64,000 nt of DNA, taken from assembly GCA_964035545.1 (NCBI GenBank), contig OZ037767.1, forward strand, positions 22,708,628 to 22,772,627, read 5' to 3'. This document shows positions 38,001 to 50,847 of this stretch, piece by piece. This DNA comes from Bugula neritina (taxonomy: Eukaryota; Animalia; Bryozoa). The notes beneath the pieces were generated by a model. That model did no database searches. It was given only the letters and a program-made list of their open reading frames with translations, and was not told the DNA's origin. Each line of letters opens with the position of its first letter. The stretch's first letter is position 1. The position numbers and the translations under genes were made by a program.

Positions 38001-41000
38001 TAACTATTATATTTATTAAACCATTTAATTTTATTGCAAAACTAAAATTTCATATTCATATTGATAATGGTTAAATTTAATAAATAAACTTCATTTTTCT
38101 GTTTTACTTATACTTATACTTGCAGTAATACTAAGATTTATACTAATATTTTCCGCTGTATTTCAATTTGTAGTAATCTGTAATGATAATACTTTACCTC
38201 ACTCTTTACTTTTACTTTTACTTTTAGTAGTACTATACTAGTGATAATAGTTTTAGTGATACTATTAGTATTAGTAATTATTAGTTATGTTTATAGTTAT
38301 TAGTGTGTGAGCTATGATCACCTATTCCTAATTGAGTAATTGGTCCTGTAGTACTACTTGTAGTTGTAATAAAACTAAAAATTAAGTTTAGTAATACTAA
38401 TAGTAATAGTTGGTGACACACACTTACTCTTAGGCCTTATCTGGTGGCCAAACAATCTTAGTCGCTAATGGCAATGCTGGTAGGAATCACAACTGACTGT
38501 TGGATTTAGTGACTCACATTGAATTAACCACTTATGCACATAGTGAGGTATCAAGTGATATTCATTTTGACTCTCAACACTCATGTAAAGCTGAAACCCA
38601 GAATGAGTGCCATACTCGTAATTACTATGAGTAGAATTGTTATTGCTGTGTGAAAATCAGTGTGACTTATACTACATTTTAATTTAAATAAAGACTGGCT
38701 TTATATTGGCAAGTTTGTAATAACAATTGGTTTACTTATGGGAAGTGTAATAGAAACAAGCAACTCTTTTTCTGCAATTTCAGACGCATCAAGTATTTAA
38801 ATATTCTAATATATTTAGACTAACATTAAATAATTAAAAGCTGGCTGTGGTTTATCATTTTCAAGTGAAAATTTTACACTTTTGGTTTTCTTGAGGTTAT
38901 GCTTGAAATACAATATCCTAAATTTAGCTTCAAATAGATTGTTACAATAGCAATTACCTGTTGAAACCCAGGTGTTTTGTGCTTCTCTCATCAACCTTCT
39001 ATGTGAACGGATGTGTAGTTGGAGTTTGTATTTGCAATTGCTTTATTAATTAAGTAGTAGCACAAAATGAGAAAGTTGGTGCATTAACTTGATAAATTGA
39101 TCGAGTTCGTAGTTCTTCATCTTGGAAGCTCATAGGACTTCTGTTTAAAGATAAGGCCTAAAATTAGGTCTTTGCATTCGTATAACTGCTGGTGTCCAGC
39201 TGTTTTTACAAAAGAGGCAGAATTGGGTCTATTATATGCTCCCTGATGAAATGGAATTCATTCATTCTGTACTTCATCTATCCGTTTGTTTATTTATTAT
39301 TGCTATTCTTGGTAGCCAAAACAGCCTGTACAAAATATTCTATGGTCACAAGTTTAATCAGAAAAATTATGGAAAATGAAAAAAAAGTTGCCCTCAATTA
39401 TTGAACACTCTAATACTCTGTTAAAAAAATTATAAAATGGTGAATGTTTGAATAGAAATGAAAGTTTACGCATTGTGAGTTGTTAAAAAAATTATCCAAG
39501 CATCAAAAATGCATCCTAAAAATTTATCAAAATAAAATCACATGCATTATACAGCTGTTTCTACTTTTTTAGTAAGAAGTAACATGGCAAGCAAATATAT
39601 CTGGCTTAAAAACTAAATTCAGTTTAATTAGTTTAAATTTTAGCCTTTTTTTGAATAAAAATACGGTGGAAGAGTTTTTATTGAAAATTTGTAACCTGAA
39701 CAAGTAAATTTGCAGCATTTTTACTAGAGGCTTTGTTTCATTGATTAGCAAATCAAAAGTAGAGATGACCTTTCAAGTATTAACAAAATTGCTGGTTGTA
39801 CAGCATACATTAGGTCACAGGCTAAATAGACTGTAGCTATAGTACATCAATAGAATAAATAACTGAATAACTCATAGTTTTAATTTTATATTGTGCAAGT
39901 GAAGCAACAATGAAATTAGATTAGATTAGATCAGTACATCATTATGTGGAAGCATTTGTATTCAATAACTGATATTTTGCATGAAAGGTTTACATTCATG
40001 TAATGCAAGCTGCAGTTTCACTGTTTGTAAAGTTTGATTTAATGACATGTATAAGATTTATATTCTCTGTGTAGAAAATTCTGATCTACAAATAATATAG
40101 TTGAGAATTTCCAAAAAAGTATTGGCGCTTCTCTTAAAATATTCAATTTTCAAGCATTAACAGTTATCTTGTTGCTGATATGGCAAGTTTTTCATTTTGA
40201 AGTTGTCTACCTTCCTGGTGATGAAACGGTTACTGATTATGTTATCAACATAATAATATTTGAACGTTTGCCAACTATTGTATACTAATCATCATGTTTT
40301 GCAGAACGTTCTATCACATTTCAAGCAGCCAATGAAATTTGAGTTATGTAACTCTAGGCTTTCATCTCCACTCCAAGCAAGGCTAGTATTGGGACCACCC
40401 TTAAATGTTCCTGAGAGCTTGTGGAGCTCAGGTTACAAGATGGGTTATATATGCAGGGTGCCTGCCATCCTGCCCCCTCATTAGATACTCCATCAGGTAA
40501 GTTAGCACACTAGGCTCTGTTGATCACTTTCAGTTCAGTAGTACTAGTGTACTGTTTGGTGGGGGTGTAGGTGTGCCCAACTGTGTGAAAATTCAACTTG
40601 TAAGAATGTAGTCTAAGCATATGTGACCAGTCGCGACAAAACCGGGGATGTGGCGGCGTTTATACAATGCAGTAATTGAACAATGAATGTGAAATTTGTC
40701 AAATTTAGAGTTGTCATTTGAAATTTAGAAAACCAACTTTTCTGATAGATTAACAGTCAAGGATTTCAGAAATCTTATTTTCGCAAGCATCTGACTACTC
40801 CTTCATCTATAAAACTGCTGCCAAAGTTGGTAACTAAGGTTTTTTTGTTTTTTCAAAATGGCGGTTCATGGTGATTTCATACGGAGTTGTTATTTCTTTA
40901 GAGAGAATCTTTGCTTAGCTTTTTCTAAATAATATTTTAATTTTGTTTTTGCTTGATAAATTTTTTGACAATTTTTAATAACATTTTTTGCTTAGTAAAA

Positions 41001-41134
41001 TAATATGAGAAAAATATTGGATTAACTAGTTGAAGAACCTATACGGTTACATGTTTACGAAGCGTCGTTTTTACGCCCTTCATATGCCTAATTTCTTATA
41101 CTAAATATTTTTTGGCGCTAAGTGTCAAACAATA

Positions 41135-44100
41135 ATGGCGGGCAATAAGCTTTCGTTTCATGAAGATGATGTTGTGGGGCTTTTAGACAGCTCTGAGAGC
41201 AATAGTAGCGACTCAGATAGTGAACATATATCTTTAGAAGAAAGTAATAACATTGATTATAAAATACTATCAAGTAATTATTTATTGACTTCTCAAAATG
41301 AGAGAAAGTTACTACTTGCTTCAAACTCTCATCCGCAGTCTCAGTTTGATACTGAGTCACCAACAGTGACCGAGAACGAGTCACCATATACAGTTACACA
41401 GTCACTGACTGCAAGTGAGTCTGCTGCATCAACACATCCAGTTTTACCTAAGGTCTGTAAAAACAAAAATTATATAGCTCATAGTCATTGTATTCAAACT
41501 GATCGTGATCCTGATGATTTTGGAGGTCATGATGATGAACATAATTATAGTCATAATGATGAGCTCATTAATTTTATTTGCAGCTGCACAAAACATTGTA
41601 TGTCTTTGTTCAATTTGAATGATTTGATTGCCACTTATTTTGATTGTAAAGAATTGACTGTGAAGGAACTGGATTTGGTTTTAACTGCAAAGTTACAAGC
41701 GTTGATAAGTTGTGATTCTACAATTATTGCTAACAAAAAAATTTCAAAAGAAAGAATTAAAAGCCATACATTTTATATGCATTATGGAAAATCAGTGTGT
41801 AAGCAATTTTTTCTCAAGTTACATAACATTGGTCATCATAGGCTTGATAACTTGGTAGCTCATCTTAAACAGAATGGCCTTTCAATACGCCAAAAAAAAT
41901 CAGGTGGGAGGAAGAATAATACACGATCCATTAATTTTCACTCAACTAAGAATGTCGTTTCTTTTCTTTCCAACTTCACTGAGGAACACGGGATTAAACT
42001 TCCTGGACGTGTGCCTGGGTTCAAGACTTACGACATATCCCTTCTGCCATCAGAAATGACAAAATATTATGTGTACAGCCAGTATGTCTCTGCATGCTCC
42101 TCAAAGAGTGGAACCATTGTAGGCTTTACAACTTTCAAAAGCATGTGGAGTTCTTTATTGCCATTCATAATTTTGAGCAAACCCGCTACTGATCTGTGTT
42201 GGGTTTGCCAATCAAACAACGCCCTGATAAACAAGTAAGTATAATTTAAATAGCACACTGATAATTTTTATTGCAATTTTCTAACAACTACTAATTATAC
42301 TAACATACTTCGTTGCTATAAAGCTTGCTAACACTACTAACCTTACTAAATCATGTTTTTACAATGTAATATAGGAGCAGCAACCAGGAGCTTCTACATA
42401 AAACAACTCGCGTGCAGCAACAACTAGCACATTTGCACTCTGCCAGCGAGGCACGTAGCTATTATCGTAAATGCAGAGAGCAAGCTCGCTTGTCAGCTGT
42501 ATTACACTTATCTTTTGACTTTGCTCAGCAAGTAAGGGGTGCTTTTCACTACTAATATTTACAACACCTTCCTTTCTAGTTTTATTCAATAGCTAAAATA
42601 CCACCTAATTATATATAGTTTACTAATTTAGGTAGCTATATAAGAGAATTATATCTTAACTGATTTGTATTGTCACCTCATTATTCTAAGGCTTTATTTG
42701 TAGTTTTACAACTAGCAGCATTACTGGTTAACTGTTACCTCAATTATCTATTAGCTTTATTGACTATGTTTTTCGCACGTTCTTCCAGGTACACTATCCA
42801 TCTAATCCATTACAACCTGGTCCCATTTACTTTAAAACACCACGTAAATGTGCATTGTTTGGTGTCTGCAATGAAGGTAAGAATGAACAATTGACATACC
42901 TTATTGATGAGGAAAAAGTGACAAGCAAAGGAGCTAACACCGTAATTTCGCTTGTCCATGATTATCTAGACAGGCATGATGTTGACCATAATGCACCACT
43001 TGTGTTGCATGCTGATAACTGTTGGTATGTGTGTAATATTCTTAGAGAAATTATTTTTGGTGCATGTATATTCCCTTGCAACTAACTCTTAATACCAAGG
43101 TAAATTATACAAGTTAGCTTAGATAAATATGGTATCTGAAATAGCGAGCCTACGTTTATCATTTAGCTTAAGATATAAATTGTTCAGCTTTATAAAATAA
43201 CAGCTGTTGATCTAGCATGGCAGCTTACAAACAGAGATATTCCATTACCTTAAATAAAAAGCTGCCAAGCGAACTGTGTTTTTTTTTCAGTGGACAAAAT
43301 AAAAATAACTTCATGGTACATTACCTTCTTTGGAGGGTGCTCACTCGAAGGACTACTCAAAGAATTGAACTCAACTTCATGATAGCTGGCCACACGAAGT
43401 TTGCACCCGATCAACATTTCGGCCATATAAAGAGACGTTTTGCAAAAACTTTTGTTTCTTCTCTGCCAGAATTAGCTCAGGTTTGTTTGTGATTGGTAAT
43501 TTTTGTTCACATATTTTTTAATAAAAGTAGATAATTATTTTGTTTGCTACTTTCCATTGTTTGTATATAACTGCTGTTGTAGGTCGTTAACAAATCTGCA
43601 ATTAATAACACTGCTGTAATAATTGGAGACAGTACTGGGGAAGATAAGGAGGGAATTATGTATGACTGGGTTCAGTTTCTACCTCAATTTTTTCGCCGGC
43701 TGCCGAACATACTATCTTATCACCAGATAATCCTCACTGCCGATGGTGTGGCTCAATGCAGAAAGTTAATCGGAGATTCTGCAACAACTCAATTTCTTCT
43801 TAAGAAACCTCCTCCTGCTGATCTACTACCAGCTGTAATTCCACCAAAAGGCATTGATCTCCATAGGCAGTGGTACCTCTATGAGCAGATCAGAGAGTTC
43901 TGTAAGCCAGGGACTCAAGATCTCGTTTGCCCAAAACCATGTTACCCTAAGCCTAAAGGTGAGACTCTTGTGCAATATGATGTTATTATATGATATGCAA
44001 CTTTTAATTTACAAACATGCTAATTTTAATATGTCTATAGTACAGATGATGATTAATAATTGTAGCTAATACAGCTGCTGGGAGAATCAACACCAGCTTT

Positions 44101-44154
44101 ACTGTTGCACCATCAATTGCACCAGAAATAAAAAGAGCCAAAAAAAATAAATAA
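41135..44154 (+). CDS. Sola1-type DDD transposase, 6 exons, frame intact
   Basis: Exons ~41135-42234, 42375-42530, 42789-43024, 43291-43480, 43583-43958 and 44066-44154 splice in frame. Motifs: CSCTKHC, VCKQFF, LPGRVPG, KPATDLCWVC, HLSFDFAQQ|VHYP, GPIYFKTPRK, KGANTVIS, HADNCCGQNKN, GHTKFAPDQHFG, YDW, RQWYLYEQIREFC; basic C-terminus KRAKKNK*. Confidence 0.88.
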
Positions 44155-44301
44155 TAGAGGTTTTGAAGATTTATTACCATTATTTCAAGGCATGATGTGT
44201 AAGTAATTTATGTAGAGGAAAAATCGAAACATTCTTATTGCAATTTATACTTATTTGTATACCAATGTACTTTATATTTTAGGTGTTGGAATCTATGTTA
44301 T

Positions 44302-45005
44302 GGTCTGTTCAGATCAGGACCTAAAACATCGGAGGTCTCGTGTTCAGATGGTACTGGCACGTAAAAGATCCACCTCTGCCTTTCTTCGTAAAGAGTAGCC
44401 AGGTATCTGGCGAGGCATGTGTAAATCTCTCTGCGCGGTCTGTTCAGATCAGGACCTAAAATACCGGAGGTCTCGTGTTCAGATGGTACTGGCACGTAAA
44501 AGATCCACCTCTGCCTTTCTTCGTAAAGAGTAGCCAGGTATCTGGCGAGGCATGTGTAAATCTCTCTGCGCGGTCTGTTCAGATCAGGACCTAAAATACC
44601 GGAGGTCTCGTGTTCAGATGGTACTGGCACGTAAAAGATCCACCTCTGCCTTTCTTCGTAAAGAGTAGCCAGGTATCTGGCGAGGCATGTGTAAATCTCT
44701 CTGCGCGGTCTGTTCAGATCAGGACCTAAAATACCGGAGGTCTCGTGTTCAGATGGTACTGGCACGTAAAAGATCCACCTCTGCCTTTCTTCGTAAAGAG
44801 TAGCCAGGTATCTGGCGAGGCATGTGTAAATCTCTCTGCACGGTCTGTTCAGATCAGGACCTAAAATACCGGAGGTCTCGTGTTCAGATGGTACTGGCAC
44901 GTAAAAGATCCACCTCTGCCTTTTTTCGTAAAGAGTAGCCAGGTATCTGGCGAGGCATGTGTAAATCTCTCTGCGCGGTCTGTTCAGATCAGGACCTAAA
45001 ATACC
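44302..45005. repeat. 135-bp tandem array, 5.2 near-identical units, inside the Sola1 element
   Basis: Units start at 44302, 44437, 44572, 44707, 44842 and 44977; only a few substitutions between units. Confidence 0.97.
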
Positions 45006-46623
45006 TAAGTTTTGGGTGTGGGAAAAGGGATGCCAGCAGAAAGCCTCCACGTGTCGCTTCCTGGAAACTATTTGATAAAAGTTTTGCTTTGTAGGCAAAT
45101 TTCTACCAATATATTTGAATCTTGTATGTTTATTATGATATAATTGTTACATAAATATTAAATACATTTTAGCTGCTTTCTTATGTTCATAGTATTTTTT
45201 TGATTATTTTTTTAAAAAAAGTATGGTGCTCTGAATTTAAGACTTTAAATATTAATTCAATAAATTTCGTTGTTTATATATATTCATTGCAGAAAAATAT
45301 GGGGGGGGGTGGGGTGGGGTGGGGTAGAGTGGAAATGAATGAGAAATAATTTTACTCTGCATATAATTGGCTTTTGTTTGACATGTTACATGCATAGTAT
45401 ATCATTGTATTATATTATATAAGACCTCCCAACCTGCCCCTCCCCCCCCCCCATCTTTGCCTCAATGATTCAATATGGCTGCTTTTGCATTTCTTGCATT
45501 TCAATAATTTAATAAATTATGTTCTCCATTATAATTTGACTAGATATACATTTTCAATAATAGTCAAAGTAGCAATTTTCCTATTTGATTAGAGGGTATT
45601 GTTTAGGCAGCCATGTTTGACCTATTTCTCATAGTTGACAAATAAAAAAATTTTAAAGAGAAAGCCTAAAGCTTCCTGAGCAGATTGATACCAAATTTGC
45701 TAAGGTTGCAGTTATATAAACCCCCGTTGCTAAGACTTTAAAAATGTAAACAAAGAAAGTGGGGAAAAGTTTGAAGTCCCCATCTTTAACGGCCATTTTC
45801 TCAGAATCGCAAATTCAGAACTTTCGAAAATAGCTCATCGAAAACAAGCCAAAACATGGGTTCTAATCATGCTAGAAAGATAAAACAAACACCAACATGC
45901 TCAGAAGATGTTGCTCTACCTAACTAACTAATAAACTCAATTTCTATGATTTTATATACATCCCCTGGTTTGTGGTGCCAGGTCACATATTATTTGCTTT
46001 ATCTTGTGTTTATAATATGAGTCATATTTTGAATAGACTAGGGTTTTTACATACAGCATGCCTAAGTTATTTGTGAATACCAGTTGTGACATGTGAAGGA
46101 AACAAGTGTTGTCCTCACTTGTCTACTAAGAATGTTGTACAACACTTGATATGTTATATCATTATCTCAGTGTCTGAAGAGATGGAAATAAGAATTTAGA
46201 ACTTGTAGATTTAAGAATTAGTCCTAGTTGTTTTCTCTGGCTCTCAGGGTATATAATATAACTTATGGGCTGTGTTGGGATAAAATAGACTAGTTTCTTG
46301 TTAAGTATCAAAATTATTTGGGTGATCTCAATGAATATTTTGCTAAGAAAGCCATATTTGTTTTGCAGACTACCAGCTAATCTACTACATGCTACTTAAA
46401 TAGTGTTGAAATTTTATATTGGGTTTTGCCCCTTTGTTTGCTGTGCTTATTTTAAACACTATTAACACTTTATCCAGTACATCCACCCAAGTGTGGCCTG
46501 CAAGTATGCAATACAATGGTCAGATCTGGTGAAATGACCAGCTATCTGTTTATTTCGTTGACCACTATTTGTCTCTTGTTACAGTTACCATAGACACTAT
46601 AACCACCATAACTACATGTGATA

Positions 46624-49600
46624 ATGATCTCAAAGATAGCCCTCCTGTTTCTTGCTTCCTCCCTGCTCTGCTGCAATGCTGATCTCTCACAGATTGTCTC
46701 TCAACTCCTGAAGGCTGATTTCAAGCACAGTGGTCACTCAACCCGCAGTGAAACTCTTCCAAATGTAGATCCTGAAGCTAACATGGATTTTGTAAGTGTC
46801 AAAGTTTGTAAGCTACACTATGGACTGAGTTTTTACTTCATATTATGTTGAAAATATGTATTTTGCATTTTGGCACTAGCACATCATGTATGTATCTAAT
46901 ACTACCACATCACTGTATGTAACTAATACTACCACATCATTGTATGTAACTAATACTAGCACATCATGTATGTATCTAATACTAGCACATCACTGTATGT
47001 AACTAATACTACCACATCATTGTATGTAACTAATACTACCACATCATTGTATGTAACTAATACTACCACATCATTGTATGTAACTAATACTACCACATCA
47101 TTGTATGTAACTAATACTAGCACATCATGTATGTATCTAATACTAGCACATCACTGTATGTAACTAATACTACCACATCATTGTATGTAACTAATACTAC
47201 CACATCATTGTATGTAACTAATACTAGCACATCATTGTATGTATCTAATACTACCACATCATTGTATGTAACTAATACTAGCACATCATTGTATGTAACT
47301 AATACTAGCACATCATGTATGTATCTAATACTAGCACATCACTGTATGTAACTAATACTACCACATCATTTTATGTAACTAATACTACCACATCATTGTA
47401 TGTAACTAATACTACCACATCACTGTATGTAACTAATACTACCACATCATGTATGTATCTAATACTACCACATCATTGTATTGTAGGTATTATTTGTGTA
47501 GAAACTTACTATAGTGTAGTAAAATAAGATCTTTAGCTGTAATTTGTAGCTAACTGTTAGGTTTTCAGTTGGTCAAACATACATGTTGATTCTATACTAG
47601 ATTTATTATGAATTTGAAGCTCTTAGTAACTGTCTATCACTATCACAAGTTCAATGTTGTTGTGGAAAGGTTGCATAACACTATAATGGATGAGTTTTAT
47701 CTTTAGGCAGTGGTCTATATATAGCCTAGCTAGCTAAGTTCTAGAAGTACATGCGGTTAGGGGATTTTTCAGTCTATCTTTAGTAGCTGAGTGGATTTGC
47801 ATAGAATTATTGTCAGTACTAATGCAGTGTGAATTAATAAATAGCCAATATCTTATCAATGTGGACCCCAGAGCCAAATTGTAGAGCTTCCCATTTAGAT
47901 TTTGGTAACTTAACTTTGTGTGAGAACCATGGTGTGTGTTGATATGGCCTGATATTTGAGAGTGCAGGCTCCTCTATCGTCCCATGTGCCTGAGCAGTTA
48001 ACTCAGTACACTTCCCTCTAAGATTGCACAAACTGCAGCCAGTCCACTCAATTCTCTAAATTCACAAATAGAAGTGTTGTTTTTATTGTCTTTGAGTAAA
48101 CATGAGTTGTTGGCTGGAGACAGAACTCTGTAAAATGTTACAACTCTTCTGTGTAGTAATGGGGGAAAATGTAAATAGCCTGTGTTCTAAGTAAGAAATG
48201 TAGCAAAAGAAATTATGTTCTCATGAGAGTTTCAGCGTAGCCCCAAACCAAAATTTCTTAAGAAAATTGAAGAATTTGAGCTATTTATATTGCTCCTCTG
48301 CTGCATCTAAATGGATAGTGGGGGGGGGGGGTAAATATCATTCTGGTGTATTCCAACTTTAACTAAAGAGCACATGAAATCTTCTTCTGTATATTATATT
48401 ATGTTACTTGGTTAGTAGTAACTAAAGTAAATATCTGCATTATGTCTTATTAGTATTTTGAGTTTAAATGTTTTTATTTCTTGTAGTGTCAGATCTCAGC
48501 ATATCACGGCTATAATTGTGAAGAATATTTACATAAAATTGAAACTAAAGATGGATTTCTTCTCACTCTACATCGGTATCTGTCCATCTTGTTTAGAATT
48601 GATAAACTATAATATATATTCTGTATGATATATATTCTGTATGATATATATTCTGTATGATATATATTCTGTATAACTGTGTAGGTATTATTATCTTATG
48701 TAGGTATTACACTGTGTAGGTATTACACTGTGTAGGTATTATACTATATAGGTATTATTTCACAGAGTCAATGGAAGGAAGAACCAGACTGTCTCAAACT
48801 CTACCTCCCGCCCACCTGTGTTTCTCCAGCATGGTCTACTGTGTGACAGCACTTCCTGGGTGTCCAACCTGCCCAACCAGTCTCTTCCATTTATTCTGTC
48901 CGACGCCGGGTATGATGTGTGGCTTGGCAACAGCAGAGGCAACACCTACTCGAAGGCCCACATCAAACTCAAGCCTTGTCAGCGGGAGTTCTGGGCATGG
49001 AGGTTTGTTGTTATATTGTGTGTTTCATCATCAGGTCAATATGTGGGGGCATCAGCCTCCATATAATAGACTGTCTGCTTCCATAACTACTGTCTCCACA
49101 GTCAAATGCACACGTTATGTTGCTTTAGTATATCTTTTTGAGTTTAAGTTGTCTTTGTACATGTGTAAACATAAAATTTATTTCTAAAGACTCCCAAATA
49201 GTTATTTGCAGCAGTCTATCTTAGCCTGGTGGTTCAAACTCAAACACTTTATAACATATTTATCAACTGCTTTAGTTGATTCTGCTATTATAACTTCTCT
49301 GTGTTCACATTCAGTTGGGACGAGATGGCTCTGTATGACTTACCAGCTAATCTTGAGTTTGTTGTCTCACACACTCACGTAGAGAAACTACCTTACATAG
49401 GACACTCGCAGGGCACTCTCATGGCCTTTACACATCTCTCTGTGACACCAGATAGCAGGGTATGTCTGTATACATCTCTCTGTAACACCAGATCTCTCTG
49501 TAACACCAGATAGTAAGGTATGTGCTATATTTGTATCAGGCTCGTACACGCAGTGTTTTGTAACTGTATTTAGATCTCGGAGATTATAGCCATGGGACCT

Positions 49601-50847
49601 GTCTTCAACGTCTCTCATCTGATCAGTCCAATCAAGTTCCTCTCTCCGATATCTAATGATCTCGCTCTAGCTTTCAAAATCCTAGGAGTCAACGAATTCC
49701 TACCAAACTCATGGGTAAAGTAGCCTTGTTATTACTTGTGCACACGTGAATAATTCCTTTGCACTTTTTTACTTACTAGCTTTGTTACTACTTGTGTACA
49801 CGTGGTTAACTCTCCCCACACACGTTTGTTAGCGAACATCTCCACAACGTGAGGTGTCTCATTGCAGGTATTCAAGTTTCTAGCTGATACGGTGTGTGTG
49901 CGCACCGACCCCTTAGATGTGCTCTGCAGTGACATACTCTTCATTCTGGCTGGGTTTGATTACAGTCAGCTGAATATGGTAAGGACTCCCGAGCTATAGC
50001 TTGCATTTCTATAGCAACAATAAATATAACCATTACAATATTGTGAAAGGTTGACAACTACATATCACTAATGATATTGCTTAAGACAATTTGCTTTTAG
50101 AAACATGAGAAACTTGTTGAATATTCTTCTGCTGATCCATGTTTCTGGTGTCCGCCATTTTGTAGTCACGGTTGCCTGTCATCATAAGCCACACCCCTGC
50201 TGGTACTTCTGTCCAAAACATACTTCACTTTGCCCAAATGTATGGCAGCAAGAAGTGCAGCAGGTTCAACTTTGGTTCGGCAGCAAAGAATATCGAGCAT
50301 TACGGAGTGCCTGATCCCCCCTCCTACAATATCTCCAATATCAGAAATGCACCCGTGTCCATCTTTTGGGCTGAAAATGATTGGCTCGCGGATCCTCAGG
50401 TTTGTTTATTGTTGATATGATTTTGTCTGTTATATTAAGTACTGAGTGTTAGCCCCTCATGTAACGTCGTTTCCTAATGGCCAACAGTAACAAATAACAA
50501 CCACAGTAAGGTAAGAAATCAATTGGTTTATATCAACTTGTTTTATCACAGCGATCTTGCTTCTATGTCACAAATATTTAAGTAGTTATATTTTAGTTAC
50601 TGTCTCAGTTGACTGCTGCACCTTCCACTTTCATCCACTATGTACCCTCCCTTCCACCCCCCTGTACTCTATGTTGAACAGTATGGTGCTGTTTTAGGAT
50701 GTCCATTACATCATCAAGAACCTACCCACTCTCAAGGAAAGTTTCTACATACCAAAGTGGGACCACCTGGATTTCATATGGGCTATGGATGCTAAGCCAC
50801 TGGTTTATGATCACATTGTTAAGATACTGTCAAGGACAAGCTACTAG
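46624..50847 (+). CDS. Acid lipase (lysosomal acid lipase / gastric lipase family), copy 1
   Basis: Signal peptide, [45 protein letters not shown]|[11 protein letters not shown], catalytic [24 protein letters not shown] (Asp), WDHLDF (His); stop at 50845-47. Confidence 0.92.
46876..47480. repeat. 27-bp minisatellite (ACTAATACTACCACATCATTGTATGTA), ~22 copies
   Basis: Direct tandem units in lipase 1 intron 1. Confidence 0.95.

Larger units (their letters stand above)
40623..45986 (+). mobile_element. Full-length Sola1-type DNA transposon (5364 bp)
   Basis: ATAT duplication (40619-22, 45987-90; AWWT is typical of Sola1); 29-bp TIRs GTGACCAGTCGCGACAAAACCGGGGATGT / reverse complement GTGACCTGGCACCACAAACCAGGGGATGT (23/29 match); internal transposase gene. 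Confidence 0.85.

Noticed and set aside
44302-45005. 135-bp array as a CRISPR/TIGR-like guide array
   Set aside because: Units are essentially identical with no variable spacer segments, the context is a eukaryotic TE, and no nuclease other than the transposase is present.
46966-47527. TNTTTSLYV-repeat mucin-like ORFs
   Set aside because: Frames of an intronic 27-bp minisatellite, broken by 1-bp indels.
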